Source: Felis catus | Lineage: Eukaryota | Assembly (NCBI RefSeq): GCF_018350175.1 | Contig: NC_058368.1 | Location: forward strand, 231,944,001 to 232,008,000 | Direction of reading: 5' to 3' | Length of the DNA stretch: 64,000 bases | Part shown: piece after piece, positions 13,537 through 24,100 of the stretch | How positions within the stretch are numbered: position 1 is the first letter of the stretch | How the letters are laid out: the number at the start of each line of letters is the position of its first letter | Notes under the pieces: generated by a model | What the model was told of the DNA's origin: nothing | Seen by the model: the letters and a program-made list of their open reading frames with translations, nothing else | Database searches by the model: none | Made by a program: the position numbers and the translations under genes

Positions 13537-14236
13537 CGGGCACTTGTCTTCTAAAAATGCTCATGTATGGCAACCAAGGTGTCAATACATTATATTTAAA
13601 AAAAAAGGATGATAAAATTGAGACTGGAACAGTAAATGACTTGCCCAAGATTATATAAAAAAAAAATGCTCCTGAGATAACCCTCAAAGTGATTCTTTAG
13701 TAGCCGGTATGGGTCAATATGCGGCATTATTTGTACAGAAAATGATCACCTGGTGACTAAAGAGATCATGTCTGATTCGGGAAAGGTCCCTCCAAAGGGT
13801 GAATTCCTGGAGCCCCAGAACCCTTCCGCGCGACTCTGTCTTGATGCCTGTCATTCTTCCGCGCATCCTGTGCTCAGCTGTGATGTAGGAGAATGTCTGG
13901 TTGGCCGTATATACCGATAAGGAAAGGAAGGCAAAACCGTTTCCTTTTTGGGTAAAGTGTTACTGTATAGTTACAGCTTTCAACACCTGATTGAAGTGTT
14001 TTTTTTGTTTTCCCCCTCTCTGTACATTGTTTGTGTCTCACACTTACGTGTAAGATCTCTGGCTTTCAAAAGCCACGGCTGTTTGCCCTGGTGCCGTGCT
14101 AATGAAAACACTGCTTAATTCAGATGCGGTTTGGCAACTGCAGAATTTGGCTGGGGGACCGCGCAGATTCTGTCCGCTGGCCAGTGCACGCAAGCCTGTG
14201 GCCGAAGGAAGATCTTTCAAAAAAGGGGAAAATCCT

Positions 14237-14454
14237 GGGGCGCCCGGGTGGCTCAGTCGGTTAAGCAACTGACTTCGGCTCAGGCCATGATCTCGCGGTT
14301 CGTGGGTTCGAGCCCCATATCGGGCTCTGTGCTGACAGCTCAGAGCCTGGAGCTTGCTTCGGATTCTGTGTCTCCCTCTCTCTCTCTCTGCTGCTCCCCC
14401 TGTCTCTGTCTTGCAGAAATAAATTACAAACATTAAAAAAAATAAAAATAAGAG
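14237..14454 (+). mobile_element. CAN-SINE
   Basis: TSD aaaatcctg. Confidence 0.95.
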
Positions 14455-14609
14455 AAAAATCCTGAGTTGGGACACTTTTTAATGCTGCTCTCAGCACTTA
14501 CAAATCGTAATGGCAAACAACGTTCAAAGTTTAGGTGGTGATAGTCAACTGAGCAGCAGACCTATCTTTAAAAGAAAGCAAAACAACTAACTCTAAAAAT
14601 TTGAGCTCT

Positions 14610-14834
14610 GGGGCGCCTGGGTGGCTCACTCGGTTAAGCGGCCGACTTCGGCTCAGATCACGATCTCGTGGTCCGTGAGTTCTAGCCCCGCGTCAGGCTC
14701 TGTGCTGACAGCTCAGAGCCTGGAGCCTGTTTCAGATTCTGTGTCTCCCTCTCTCTGACCCTCCCCCGTTCATGCTCTGTCTCTTTCTGTCTCAAAAATA
14801 AATAAATGTTAAAAAAAAATTAAAAAAAATAAAA
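14610..14834 (+). mobile_element. Felid CAN-SINE
   Basis: TSD taaaaatttgagc at 14594-14606 and 14835-14847. Confidence 0.95.
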
Positions 14835-16499
14835 TAAAAATTTGAGCCCTGACCTTGTCTTGAATGTAAAGCAGTCAACAGTCTTACATTTGGGGAGATC
14901 GAAATGAACCCGCTCCACTGGCCAGACCCTAACACCAGCTGGCATCAGCCTGGAGCCCAAGGACAGGGACTGTCCCTCAGATGCACTTGGGATGGGACTG
15001 GACAGGCCACCACTGTCCCCACATACATTCTTCATCACCTCCTGCTGTATGGGCCTTTGCTCTTCCTCTTCCCATGGGTTTCCTGAATGCTCGAAATTTT
15101 GCTTAGGAATCTAGTGGGTGCAGCTGGGAGCAGAGGTCCGTCCTCCTCCCTCCTGCCAGGGGCCAGGCTGCCTGCAGTGGCTTATGTCCTTCAGTGTCTG
15201 CACCTTGTCAGAGCGGCCGGGTGTCTGTCGGCTGCCTCTTGTGTGTTCGTCCCCCACCCCTCTCCTTTTCCTATGTGTCCTTCCTTCCCCGTCCCCTGTC
15301 CCTACTCTCTGCCATGTTTCCCTCAATTCTTTTCTCTGTTCCTGCTGCCGGTACCTCCTTTTCTTTCCCTATTGGCTGGGGCTTTCTGACAAACCCTCGG
15401 CCTGCAGGAGCCTGACTTCGCTTCGGGCAGCATTTTTCTTTACCCATTAAATGTCCACTGATGATTTCTCCGAGCACTGGCCAGCGGGGCACGTGTATTT
15501 GAGGCGAACAGTGGAGATGGTCAGAGGTGACTTCGTGCAGGAGCAGCAAAGTTAGGGACAGTGTCAGAAAGGGGCACCGTGTGCATAGAGAGAGTCCTTG
15601 ATTCCCTCCTGCCCCCATCCCCGTCTGCCTGTGGATTCCCCAGAGTGTTCTTCCCAATGAAACCAGTGGCATTGGACCAGTGGGCAAACAACAGTAATAT
15701 CCTTTACTTAACTTGTATTTTAATTCATCGATTCACAGATTCTCATTGGTGACGTTACCGTCTTACGTTCAAAGACATTCATTCCTCATTTGCCGCGCAG
15801 TTTCTAGACTGTCTCTACACAAGTAATATTTCGTGAAAATGGTCCGTGATTTATAATTGTGTGTTTTTTTTTTTTTTTAAGTTAGTATTTTAACACGTGG
15901 AATTCTCAGCGACGGCTGCTTCTGGCCTCCGCTTTCTCCTCTTCTGGTGTGTTCCTCCACGGAGCTGCCGTATCGATCTTCCTAATTACCACTCTCCTTC
16001 TGGTACTTCACTGAGCTTTCGGTGACGCCCTCCCTTTGGATGAAATCTTATCTTTTTCTCATGATGACGTTCCCTAACTGGCTTCGTTTCTACTCTGTGA
16101 GTTCCTTGGAGTGGTTCCTTCAAGTCTTCCTCCAACTCGGCCATGCTTGGGAGTGGCCATGCACACATGCCTGCTGATGCTCTCCCTTCCTGCCCTTCCG
16201 TCTTGGGTCCCACTTGGAACCCATTCTCCGGCTGGCTTTCTTGTTTTCCTCCACAAATCTGAGGACAGGACGGCTTTCTGTCCGTGGTCCTCGCAGCTTT
16301 AGTCCTGTTTCTCCACCTTAGCTGACTTGCTTTGTTCCCCCGACCCCGTTCAGTCAGCACTGTTGCAAACTCTATCTGCTGGCCCCATGGTTGGGGTTTC
16401 CGTCCACACACCCTGCCCCATTGGTGGTACTAGACATTGGCACTTCAACCCAGCATGGCTCTGGCCACATGGTTCTTTGTTCCATATGAGGATGCGTGG

Positions 16500-16835
16500 G
16501 GATCCCTGTCTCATCTACTGCTTGCTTCACCTGTAATGCACCCCCCACTCCAACTACGTCATGGTCTCCTTGAATATCCCTTATTTCCCAGATCACGTAT
16601 CTCTTCTTCCAGGAAGCTGTCTTTGCTCTTCTGCCTGGAAGCAACTTCCTGTCCTCCAATTTCAGAGTGTCACAGCATCACGTGGCAAGGATGAGCTCCC
16701 GAGTGCGTAATTGGTTCTTGCTTTGTCTTTTTACCACCTAAAAAAACCCCAGTTAAATCGGGTCTTGAGAATTGTTACTATACATTGACTACCATGGGGC
16801 TGTGCTGTACATGGAAGTTAACTAATTGACTGAAT
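16500..16835 (+). mobile_element. Degenerate L2 3' end
   Basis: Weak resemblance to the L2 3' region (tcttcttccaggaagc ... taattgactgaat). Confidence 0.4.
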
Positions 16836-17712
16836 ACAAGATGTTCCTCAGTTGAGCCCTGTGGCCACTGGGAAAATTCTAGCAAGTTGGGAAACCCTGG
16901 TCCAACAGTTCATGGGTTTCCTGAGCACCCGGTGGGCTTTCTTTCCGTGACTCCATTAAATATCTTTATGATGCCAGGTGGTCTCATCCATTTTCCTTTT
17001 AGGTCTGGTGATTTTACTGTGGCGCAATTGTTAAATGGAGCTTTTAAGACTGGCCTGAAATTTTCATTTCTCTCATGTATCTGCAGAAGAAAGGCCACCG
17101 CTCAGCTGACCTTTGGTTTCTAGAAGAATGTTTAAATCTACATTTTTCCTCATTCTAATTAGGTCGGGCTGGGGAGGTTGCATATTTTTGCAGAAAGCCG
17201 TGTGCTGATGGGCACTTAGTGAGTTATAATTGATGTTTAAGTTTTATTTATGCATTCCAGTGAAGAGAGCGTTTTAAGAGCCTGTGAAGGTGGCTACAGG
17301 GTGCAACTTCTAGGAAGGGGGTTTGTTGTTTGTGAATCACCACGGGCTGCTGCACGGGTAGTTCTCGCACAAGTGTGTGACGCGGTGGTGTTTCTGGAGT
17401 GAGGCTGAGAACTCTGATGCAGAGGACTCAGGACGCCGTTTTGACTGAAGTTGATCCTAAGCTAAAAGACAAAAGAATAAGAATAACATGGAATTGAGTC
17501 AAATGGGGACATTTATATTTTAATAAAACATAAGCCCTTTCTTGTTTAATGGGCAGTTAAAGATCCACTTTAAAATATTCCGACCTCTAGCCCGAGGCAA
17601 CCCTCTGGGGCATCGTAGTTTCTTTACCTTTTGACTTTCTTCGCAGTTTTCTAGAAAATGTGTCAGTGATTTCCGGTTTATACATCAGTTAATTTGTGAC
17701 CTTCCTGGGAGA

Positions 17713-17804
17713 GGGGCACCTGGCTGGCTCAGTCCAAGGAGCACGCGCCTCTTGATCTCAGGGTTGTGAGTTCGAGCCCCACGTTAGCTGTGGAGCCTAC
17801 TTTA
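17713..17804 (+). mobile_element. Short tRNA-like carnivore SINE lacking the (CT)n body
   Basis: ggggcacctggctggctcag ... cttgatctcagggttgtgagttcgagccccac; A and B boxes. Confidence 0.85.
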
Positions 17805-19253
17805 CCCATTGAGCCATCGTCCTTGACTTTAGGTCTTTGCAAACTCACACTACCTCGTTTCTGTGGCTTCTCCGGAGCCCACACTCCTCGGCACGTGTGG
17901 GTGCTGTGCTCAATGTGGTGTATGCCTTTAGAGGGAGAAGCAGTCACCCAGGCAAGGGTTCACCTTCCAGAGTAGAAGGTCCTCATGCTGTTCACCTGAC
18001 CGGCAGGCACCAAGGTGGGAAAATGTTGTTTTCACTATTGACGGAAACATGGGCATAGGAAGACCCTTTCAGGGCGTGTGCCCCCAAATCCTACTGCGGG
18101 AACTGGTTTCCAGTTTAAGCCGCAGATTCCAAAGGGAGGTGTGTTTACACCAAGCCCTGTGAACTCGGTGGGGCGTTTGGCCACTTGAGTGTGGCCTTTT
18201 CACAAGGAAGGGACTGGATTTTGAAGCCAGAAAGTTGGAGCTGGAGTCTCCGGCCGTCCATGCTGTGGCTGTCCCTGCCTGGATTGAACAGGGACGTCCT
18301 CTCCCTGCACTGTTTATCTGGTGGCGTCGATTCTGAATTTTTACGGTGTCCTTTTTGGCCTTCGTGTCTTTCGCCACTTAAGAGGCTGGCCATCCTCCGC
18401 AGGCGTGGCCCTTGGGTGTCCTGGCTGAGGGACCACATCAGCTAATTTGTGACCTCACTGAGGGAGGATAGAACTCAGCCTCCAGACCTAATTATCAGCC
18501 CTGTTTTAAGTTTAATTCTGACACACGCGGGTCTATAGAAATTGCCAGGAATTCCTGGCACTAATGGGTGGCTGTGTCCAACCCTGTCACTTAAATCTTG
18601 ATTAAGACGTAAACAAAGAAACGTTGGTGCTCATTTTAAAGCAGATTTTCGGGCGCCGGAGGAGAGGTTGGTGTATTGAAACACGCCATTTTATAAAGAA
18701 GTTTCAACTATCGTGTCTGTTGCCACACCCAAAGGAGATGTTACTGGGGTGGGAGAAAGGAATTGGCCAGTCCTAGGAATTTTTCCGGGCTGAGCATGCC
18801 TTCTCACCTTGGGGAGAGCTCCCTTACTCCTCTTTTGGCCTCAAGGATTCGCATCTGTACCTCCTCTTTTCCAAAGGATGATGTCATGGGCTTTCAAGCA
18901 CTCAGCCGGGACCACACTGGGCTTGGCTGTGCTGCAGTGTGGGAGCGCACCTGTGCTGTGCGCGCGTTTCTGGGCAATTCTGAATGTGTCGCCTTGGATT
19001 TGCCCCCTTTGCTTCCTGTGAACGAACCGAAAGCACCTCATGGAGGCAAGGAGCCTCATGGAGAGACAGGGTCACTTAGCCACCGGCTACCCTCTGGCCT
19101 CTGAACCTCAGGACTTCTAAAAGGCTGATTTCACCAGATATAAAATTTTACAAACTTCCAGATGCTGTAATTCATTTGATTTTCTGCAGGCAGATGGTCT
19201 TTAGGTAATTACTGAAGTAGACAGTGTGGGAATCGTTGTATAGAGGAATAGCC

Positions 19254-19283
19254 AGAATGTTCCAGAATGTTCCAGGAAGTTCT
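19254..19283. promoter_or_regulatory. Heat-shock element (six inverted nGAAn units) overlapping a STAT GAS site
   Basis: AGAAT GTTCC AGAAT GTTCC AGGAA GTTCT; TTCCAGGAA at 19270-19278. Motif match only. Confidence 0.5.
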
Positions 19284-20221
19284 TGCCTTTTTTTCTCATA
19301 ATTATTCTCAGCTGCTACCCAAGGGTATGTATTGGGATAGGCAACATCAGTGTGTTCCAGGCTTATGGCAGCCAGGAGCTGACGAGCTGGGAGAGTAGAA
19401 AGAAACCACATGAACTAGGACAACAGAGTAAGCGTGGGGCCATGAGGGGCAGTATTTGAAGTAACAGGCATCCTTTGGTACAAACGGACATATTTCTTTA
19501 TGAATCAGAAATTGAAAGTAACCATTTCTTCAACTTCTGGCATGCATTGTTCTAGGGAGGCTGGTGTCTTGCATTAGTCTGTCACATCATAGTTCAAGTT
19601 TTTAGGATTTTAATATGAAACCGAGGAGCTTGGGTAGAGATTACTTGGTCGAATGAGATTACTTGATTTTATGGTTTACAGTTCTTTTCCTTATAAAGTC
19701 TCACATTGTGCGTCATATATATTAACGTGTAAATAAAAATAGAAGCTCAGATTTTTGGTATAGTTTATTCTATACCTTCTGCCTTTATCTCTTATTTTTC
19801 AAATGCATTACTTAAGTACAATATAGTCTCCAAAATGGGATGAAAGAGCCACTGTAAAGTGGGTAAATTCACACAACCCATCTGAATCTGATGTTCACAA
19901 TCAGTAATTCACACGGGTTTGAAATGATGGTCCTTTTGGTCTTTTCGTGGGACTTGTTTGCATATGTTGACCGCATTTGAATTTTTATTTCTAATATTCT
20001 GAAGAGAGAGACCCATTGGTGCGTGGGATATTAGACTGGGATCATGGTGTTGTGATTTCCAAGCTGTCCTGGGTCGCTTTGCTTTCAGTCTTCGCTGCTA
20101 AAGCAGCTTGCGCTGGTTGTGCAAGGCGTTGATGGAACTTTCTAGAATTGGTAAACAGTGACCACAGCCTCCTGTAACATGGACTCATAGGATCTATTTT
20201 TTTTTCTCTTCTTTTTTGCAG

Positions 20222-20300
20222 TGCCTGTGTGTGAGTGCAGGTGCTGTGGATCCCTAGTGTGATACATGATCGAGGAAACGCTCCCCCCCTTCCCTCCTTG
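20222..20300 (+). other. Internal exon, probably 5'UTR (79 nt)
   Basis: Acceptor tttttttttctcttcttttttgcag ending 20221; donor TTG|GTAAGT at 20301; stops in all three frames (20232, 20255, 20260). Confidence 0.75.
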
Positions 20301-20399
20301 GTAAGTCAGACACCTCAAGGGGAAACGAGGAAACCGATGGTTGTATAGATGGAGAGTGTGATAGCTTATGACGTAGCAACACTTGCCTCTGCTGTTAAA

Positions 20400-20549
20400 A
20401 ATGGCAGTGAACGAGCAGGCTTTCAGAAAGGAACCGAGACATGGAGAGGTTAAGTAATCTGCTCAAGATTTCACAGGTAGTCAGAGGTAGAGATGGAATT
20501 GGAACCCATGTTCTTTTTTATTTTTTTAAAAAATGTTTATTTATTTATT

Positions 20550-20600
<51 letters not shown>

Positions 20601-20782
20601 GGGGCAGAGAGAGAGGGAGAGAGAGAATCCCAAGCAGGCCCTGTGCTGTCAGTGCAGAACCCAACATGACTTGAACCCACAAACCGTGAGATCATGACCT
20701 GAGCCGAAGTTAGAGGCTTAACCAAATGAGCCACCCGGGCGCCCCTGAACCCATGTTCTTAACCCTAACAGAGTACTGCCTC
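20400..20782 (-). mobile_element. MIR split by a SINE
   Basis: gaggttaagtaatctgctcaagatttcacaggtagtcagaggtagagatggaattggaaccca. Confidence 0.7.
20516..20745 (-). mobile_element. CAN-SINE
   Basis: Perfect TSD gaacccatgttctt at 20502-20515 and 20747-20760. Confidence 0.95.
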
Positions 20783-20953
20783 ACAGAACTAGCAATGCCT
20801 TCTGAGAATAAGGCAGACACGCTTTTTAATTTTTTCCCTTACTAGAAATACTCATGTCCTTAAGGAGAAGGTCACAATCATAAAAAAAAAAAAAAAAAAA
20901 GAAAAGCTCACAATAAGTATTAAGAAGTTTGTTTTTCAAACAGCAATCTAAAT

Positions 20954-21122
20954 CAGGAGAGGGCAAACTTTTTCTTAAAAGGGTGGCGTAGTGAATATTT
21001 TAGGATTTGCAGACAAGACGTAAATGAGCAAATGTGGCTGTGTGGCTCTGTTCTAGTAAAACCTTATTTACAAAGACCACTGAGCTGGATTTGGCCCCCA
21101 GGCTGTAGCTTCCTGAGCCCTG
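20954..21122 (+). mobile_element. MER58A-like hAT-Charlie MITE
   Basis: caggagagggcaaactttttcttaaaaggg ... ccttatttacaaa ... ggatttggccc ... gagccctg; decayed TIRs. Confidence 0.8.
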
Positions 21123-21958
21123 ATCTGCACACTTACCATGCTCAAAGACCTCACACCACTGGGGAGAACGAGTGTGTTTCAGTGGCCAGTAGGTATGAGT
21201 TCTTTAACAGAATTTAGCTTGGATGCTCAGATTTAATAAGTGACTTTTAATGAAGTCTACTGTAACTGCAAAACCTACCCCTTAGAGTAAGTGCATTTAG
21301 TATCCAGTGCTCCACCCAAGTGTATTAATGCGATTCCAGCCCCTAGACGACAGCTTTGCTCAAAGCAGCCTTGACAAACATGGTTCCTTCAGTGTATTTT
21401 GTTAGTCTAGAACGTATAGCTCTTTTACGAAATAGGTTCAGATAGCATTTCCTCTTTTGGCGTCTGTACTGTTTCTCAATGTGACGTTTTTATTTTGTAC
21501 CCTTAAACATACTCTTGCTTATACTTATTAGGGCAAACATGCAATGATTTTGGGCTGTCTGATAATTGTGTTGCTCAAAAGTGCTCCGGTACCAAATCTT
21601 TCTCTTTTATTATGAGCAAAACCAGATGTTAGTAAGAGTCAAGTTGGAACAAAGTTGACATAGTTAAATCGCGGGGTAACATGGCGATCTCCTTTGCCAC
21701 ACGCATCACACGAGATGGTTCTGTGTTTTGCGTACCTAACTTTTTCTTACAGAAGGATACTTCTGACACCTGAAGGCCTACCTGACGATTGGACTGGTTA
21801 TCATCAAAAAACATGGGCAAGGGAGAACCAAATAGTTTAATAGCAATAATATAAAAAGGTACATTTAGATTATAATAGCAACAGAAAGCTATATAATGGT
21901 ACCTTATTAACTGGAAAAAATCAGGTTGCAAAATAATATATTTAATAAAATTCCATTC

Positions 21959-21963
<5 letters not shown>

Positions 21964-22008
<45 letters not shown>
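21964..22008. repeat. (AC)n microsatellite
   Basis: Pure AC run of about 22 units. Confidence 0.98.
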
Positions 22009-22011
<3 letters not shown>

Positions 22012-22233
22012 TGTGCACATAAATACATGTGTGTTATAGAGTCTACTAGAGCATGTATCAATATGTATCAAACTCTAAATGGATTATCTCTAGGTTTGAG
22101 GATGCTTGCCTTTTTTCGGGTCACGCATTCACTCTCAAAATTATTCAGGAGTATTATACTTTCACAATCTAAAAAAATAAAAAATGAAAAAGAAAGGAAG
22201 AAGTGAATGCTCGTCATAAAAATTATGTAAAAG

Positions 22234-22437
22234 GGGGGGGCATCTGGGCGGCTCTTCAGTGTCCGACTTTGACTCAGGTCATGATCTCACACTTTGTGGG
22301 TTTGAGCCTCGCTTTGGGCTCTGTGCTGACAGCTCGGAGCCTGGAGCCTGCTTCGGTTTCTGTGTCTCCCTCTCTCCCTGTTCCTTTTCCACTTGTGCTC
22401 TGTCTCTCTCTCAAAAATAAATACACATTAAAAAAAA
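22234..22437 (+). mobile_element. CAN-SINE
   Basis: TSD aaattatgtaaaag. Confidence 0.93.
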
Positions 22438-22534
22438 GAAATTATGTAAAAGAAGGGGAAAATTTCACCCATAATGACTTTGACAAAGACAAACACTGTT
22501 GTCATTTCATGCAGTCTTTATATATATACTATAA

Positions 22535-22745
22535 AAGTTTTTTATATTTATTTTTGAGAGAGAGAGAGACAGAGTAAGCACGACAGGGGAGGGGGCAGAG
22601 AGAGAGGGAGATACAGAATCTGAAGCAGGCTCCAGGATCTGAGCTGTCAGCCCAGAGCCTGACGTGGGACTCGAACTCTTGAACTGCGAGATCATGAACT
22701 GAGCTGAAGTCAGATGCTTAACCAACTGAGCCACCCAGGCGCCCC
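22535..22745 (-). mobile_element. CAN-SINE
   Basis: Full head, body and tail on the minus strand. Confidence 0.95.
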
Positions 22746-22799
22746 AGTAGGTTTTTGATAAAGAATGTACAGAGTTGAAATAACAGTAAAGATAAAATT

Positions 22800-24100
22800 T
22801 TTCATGATTGCTTTTTCACTTGTTATACACTTTTCCTATCATATGCATATGATGATGTATCATATTACCAAAAATTGTTAATAAATCTGATTTTAATGCA
22901 TTACAATATTCTATCATGTAGAGACACTATAATGCAATTTACTGCTTCTTTTCTTGCTGGACATATATATTACTTTAGGTTAACAAACCCACGGACAGTG
23001 CCGAGACAATCAGGCCAAGGGGGGTAGTACACATACACCTGGATTCTAACCCTGCTTTCCAGCTGCGTGTAGCTCACACTCTGAGCTACATTGTGAAGAC
23101 GAGACGTTGGACACATAAAGTATATGCTTCATGAATAATAGTAGCCACTCTCGTCAAGCTTTCTTTTAACTGCAGGTTCAATCATTCATTAGGTCAGAAT
23201 AGCTGCTGTTGGCTGTTCCAAAACCAAGCAGTTTTAATAAGATCGCCAATTGGCTTTGCAAAGTGTTGTAGATATTAATACTTCCCCAGTAATATGTGAG
23301 AGAGTTTGTTTTGCTAAAACCTCTCTATCACTGAGGGTCATCATCAGTTTTTTTGTGTCGATTTGATAGTATTCCTTTCTTTTTCTATGATTCATTATTT
23401 ACTGATTATGTTATTTGGCTGATTATTTTTTAATTGTGTGACAATTAACCATTACTTTGAGAAGGAAGGAGAGAGGGAACATACATATGTGAGAGAACTG
23501 TTTGTCTTTATGCTTGTTTAGCTGTTGAAATTCAGCACTTTTCTTATAGATTTTAACAGAATTTGTTTTTAAGAATACTAACTCTTTGGGCGCCTGGGTG
23601 GTGCAGTCGGTTAAGCGTCCAACTTCAGCCAGGTCACGATCTCGCGGTCCGTGAGTTCGAGCCCCGCGTCAGGCTCTGGGCTGATGGCTCAGAGCCTGGA
23701 GCCTGTTTCCGATTCTGTGTCTCCCTCTCTCTCTGCCCCTCCCCCATTCATGCTCTGTCTCTCTCTGTCCCAAAAATAAATAAACGTTGAAAAAAAAAAT
23801 TAAAAAAAAAAAGAAAGAATACTAACTCTTTGTCATTAGTTTTTCTCCACTTCACTAGCTTGTTGACTTTATCGTTTTAAATTTAAAGAAGTTTATTTCA
23901 GTGTTGCCAGATATATATATTTTTTCATAATGACACCATCCAGCGCTTAGGGATTTAGTAAGGTTTTTCCTTTCCTTTCTCATGCTATTACTACAAATAT
24001 CCATCCCTGGAATTCATAGAACAGTTCAGTTATTTAAAAATAGATCCTGCACTTTGTAATTTATCTCATAGTTATAGCCTGCCTTTCTTTTTCCTCACTG
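22800..24100 (-). mobile_element. Old L1M/L1ME fragments, split by a SINE
   Basis: AT-rich; tttgcaaagtgttgtagatattaatacttccccagtaatatgtgagag resembles antisense L1 ORF2 3' end. Confidence 0.55.
23588..23814 (+). mobile_element. Young felid SINE (SINEC_Fc type)
   Basis: Perfect 18-bp TSD aagaatactaactctttg at 23571-23588 and 23815-23832. Confidence 0.97.

Noticed and set aside
17713..17804. tRNA gene
   Set aside because: Has a SINE-type head and no clean acceptor stem; it is a tRNA-derived short SINE. The same applies to 62880-62996.
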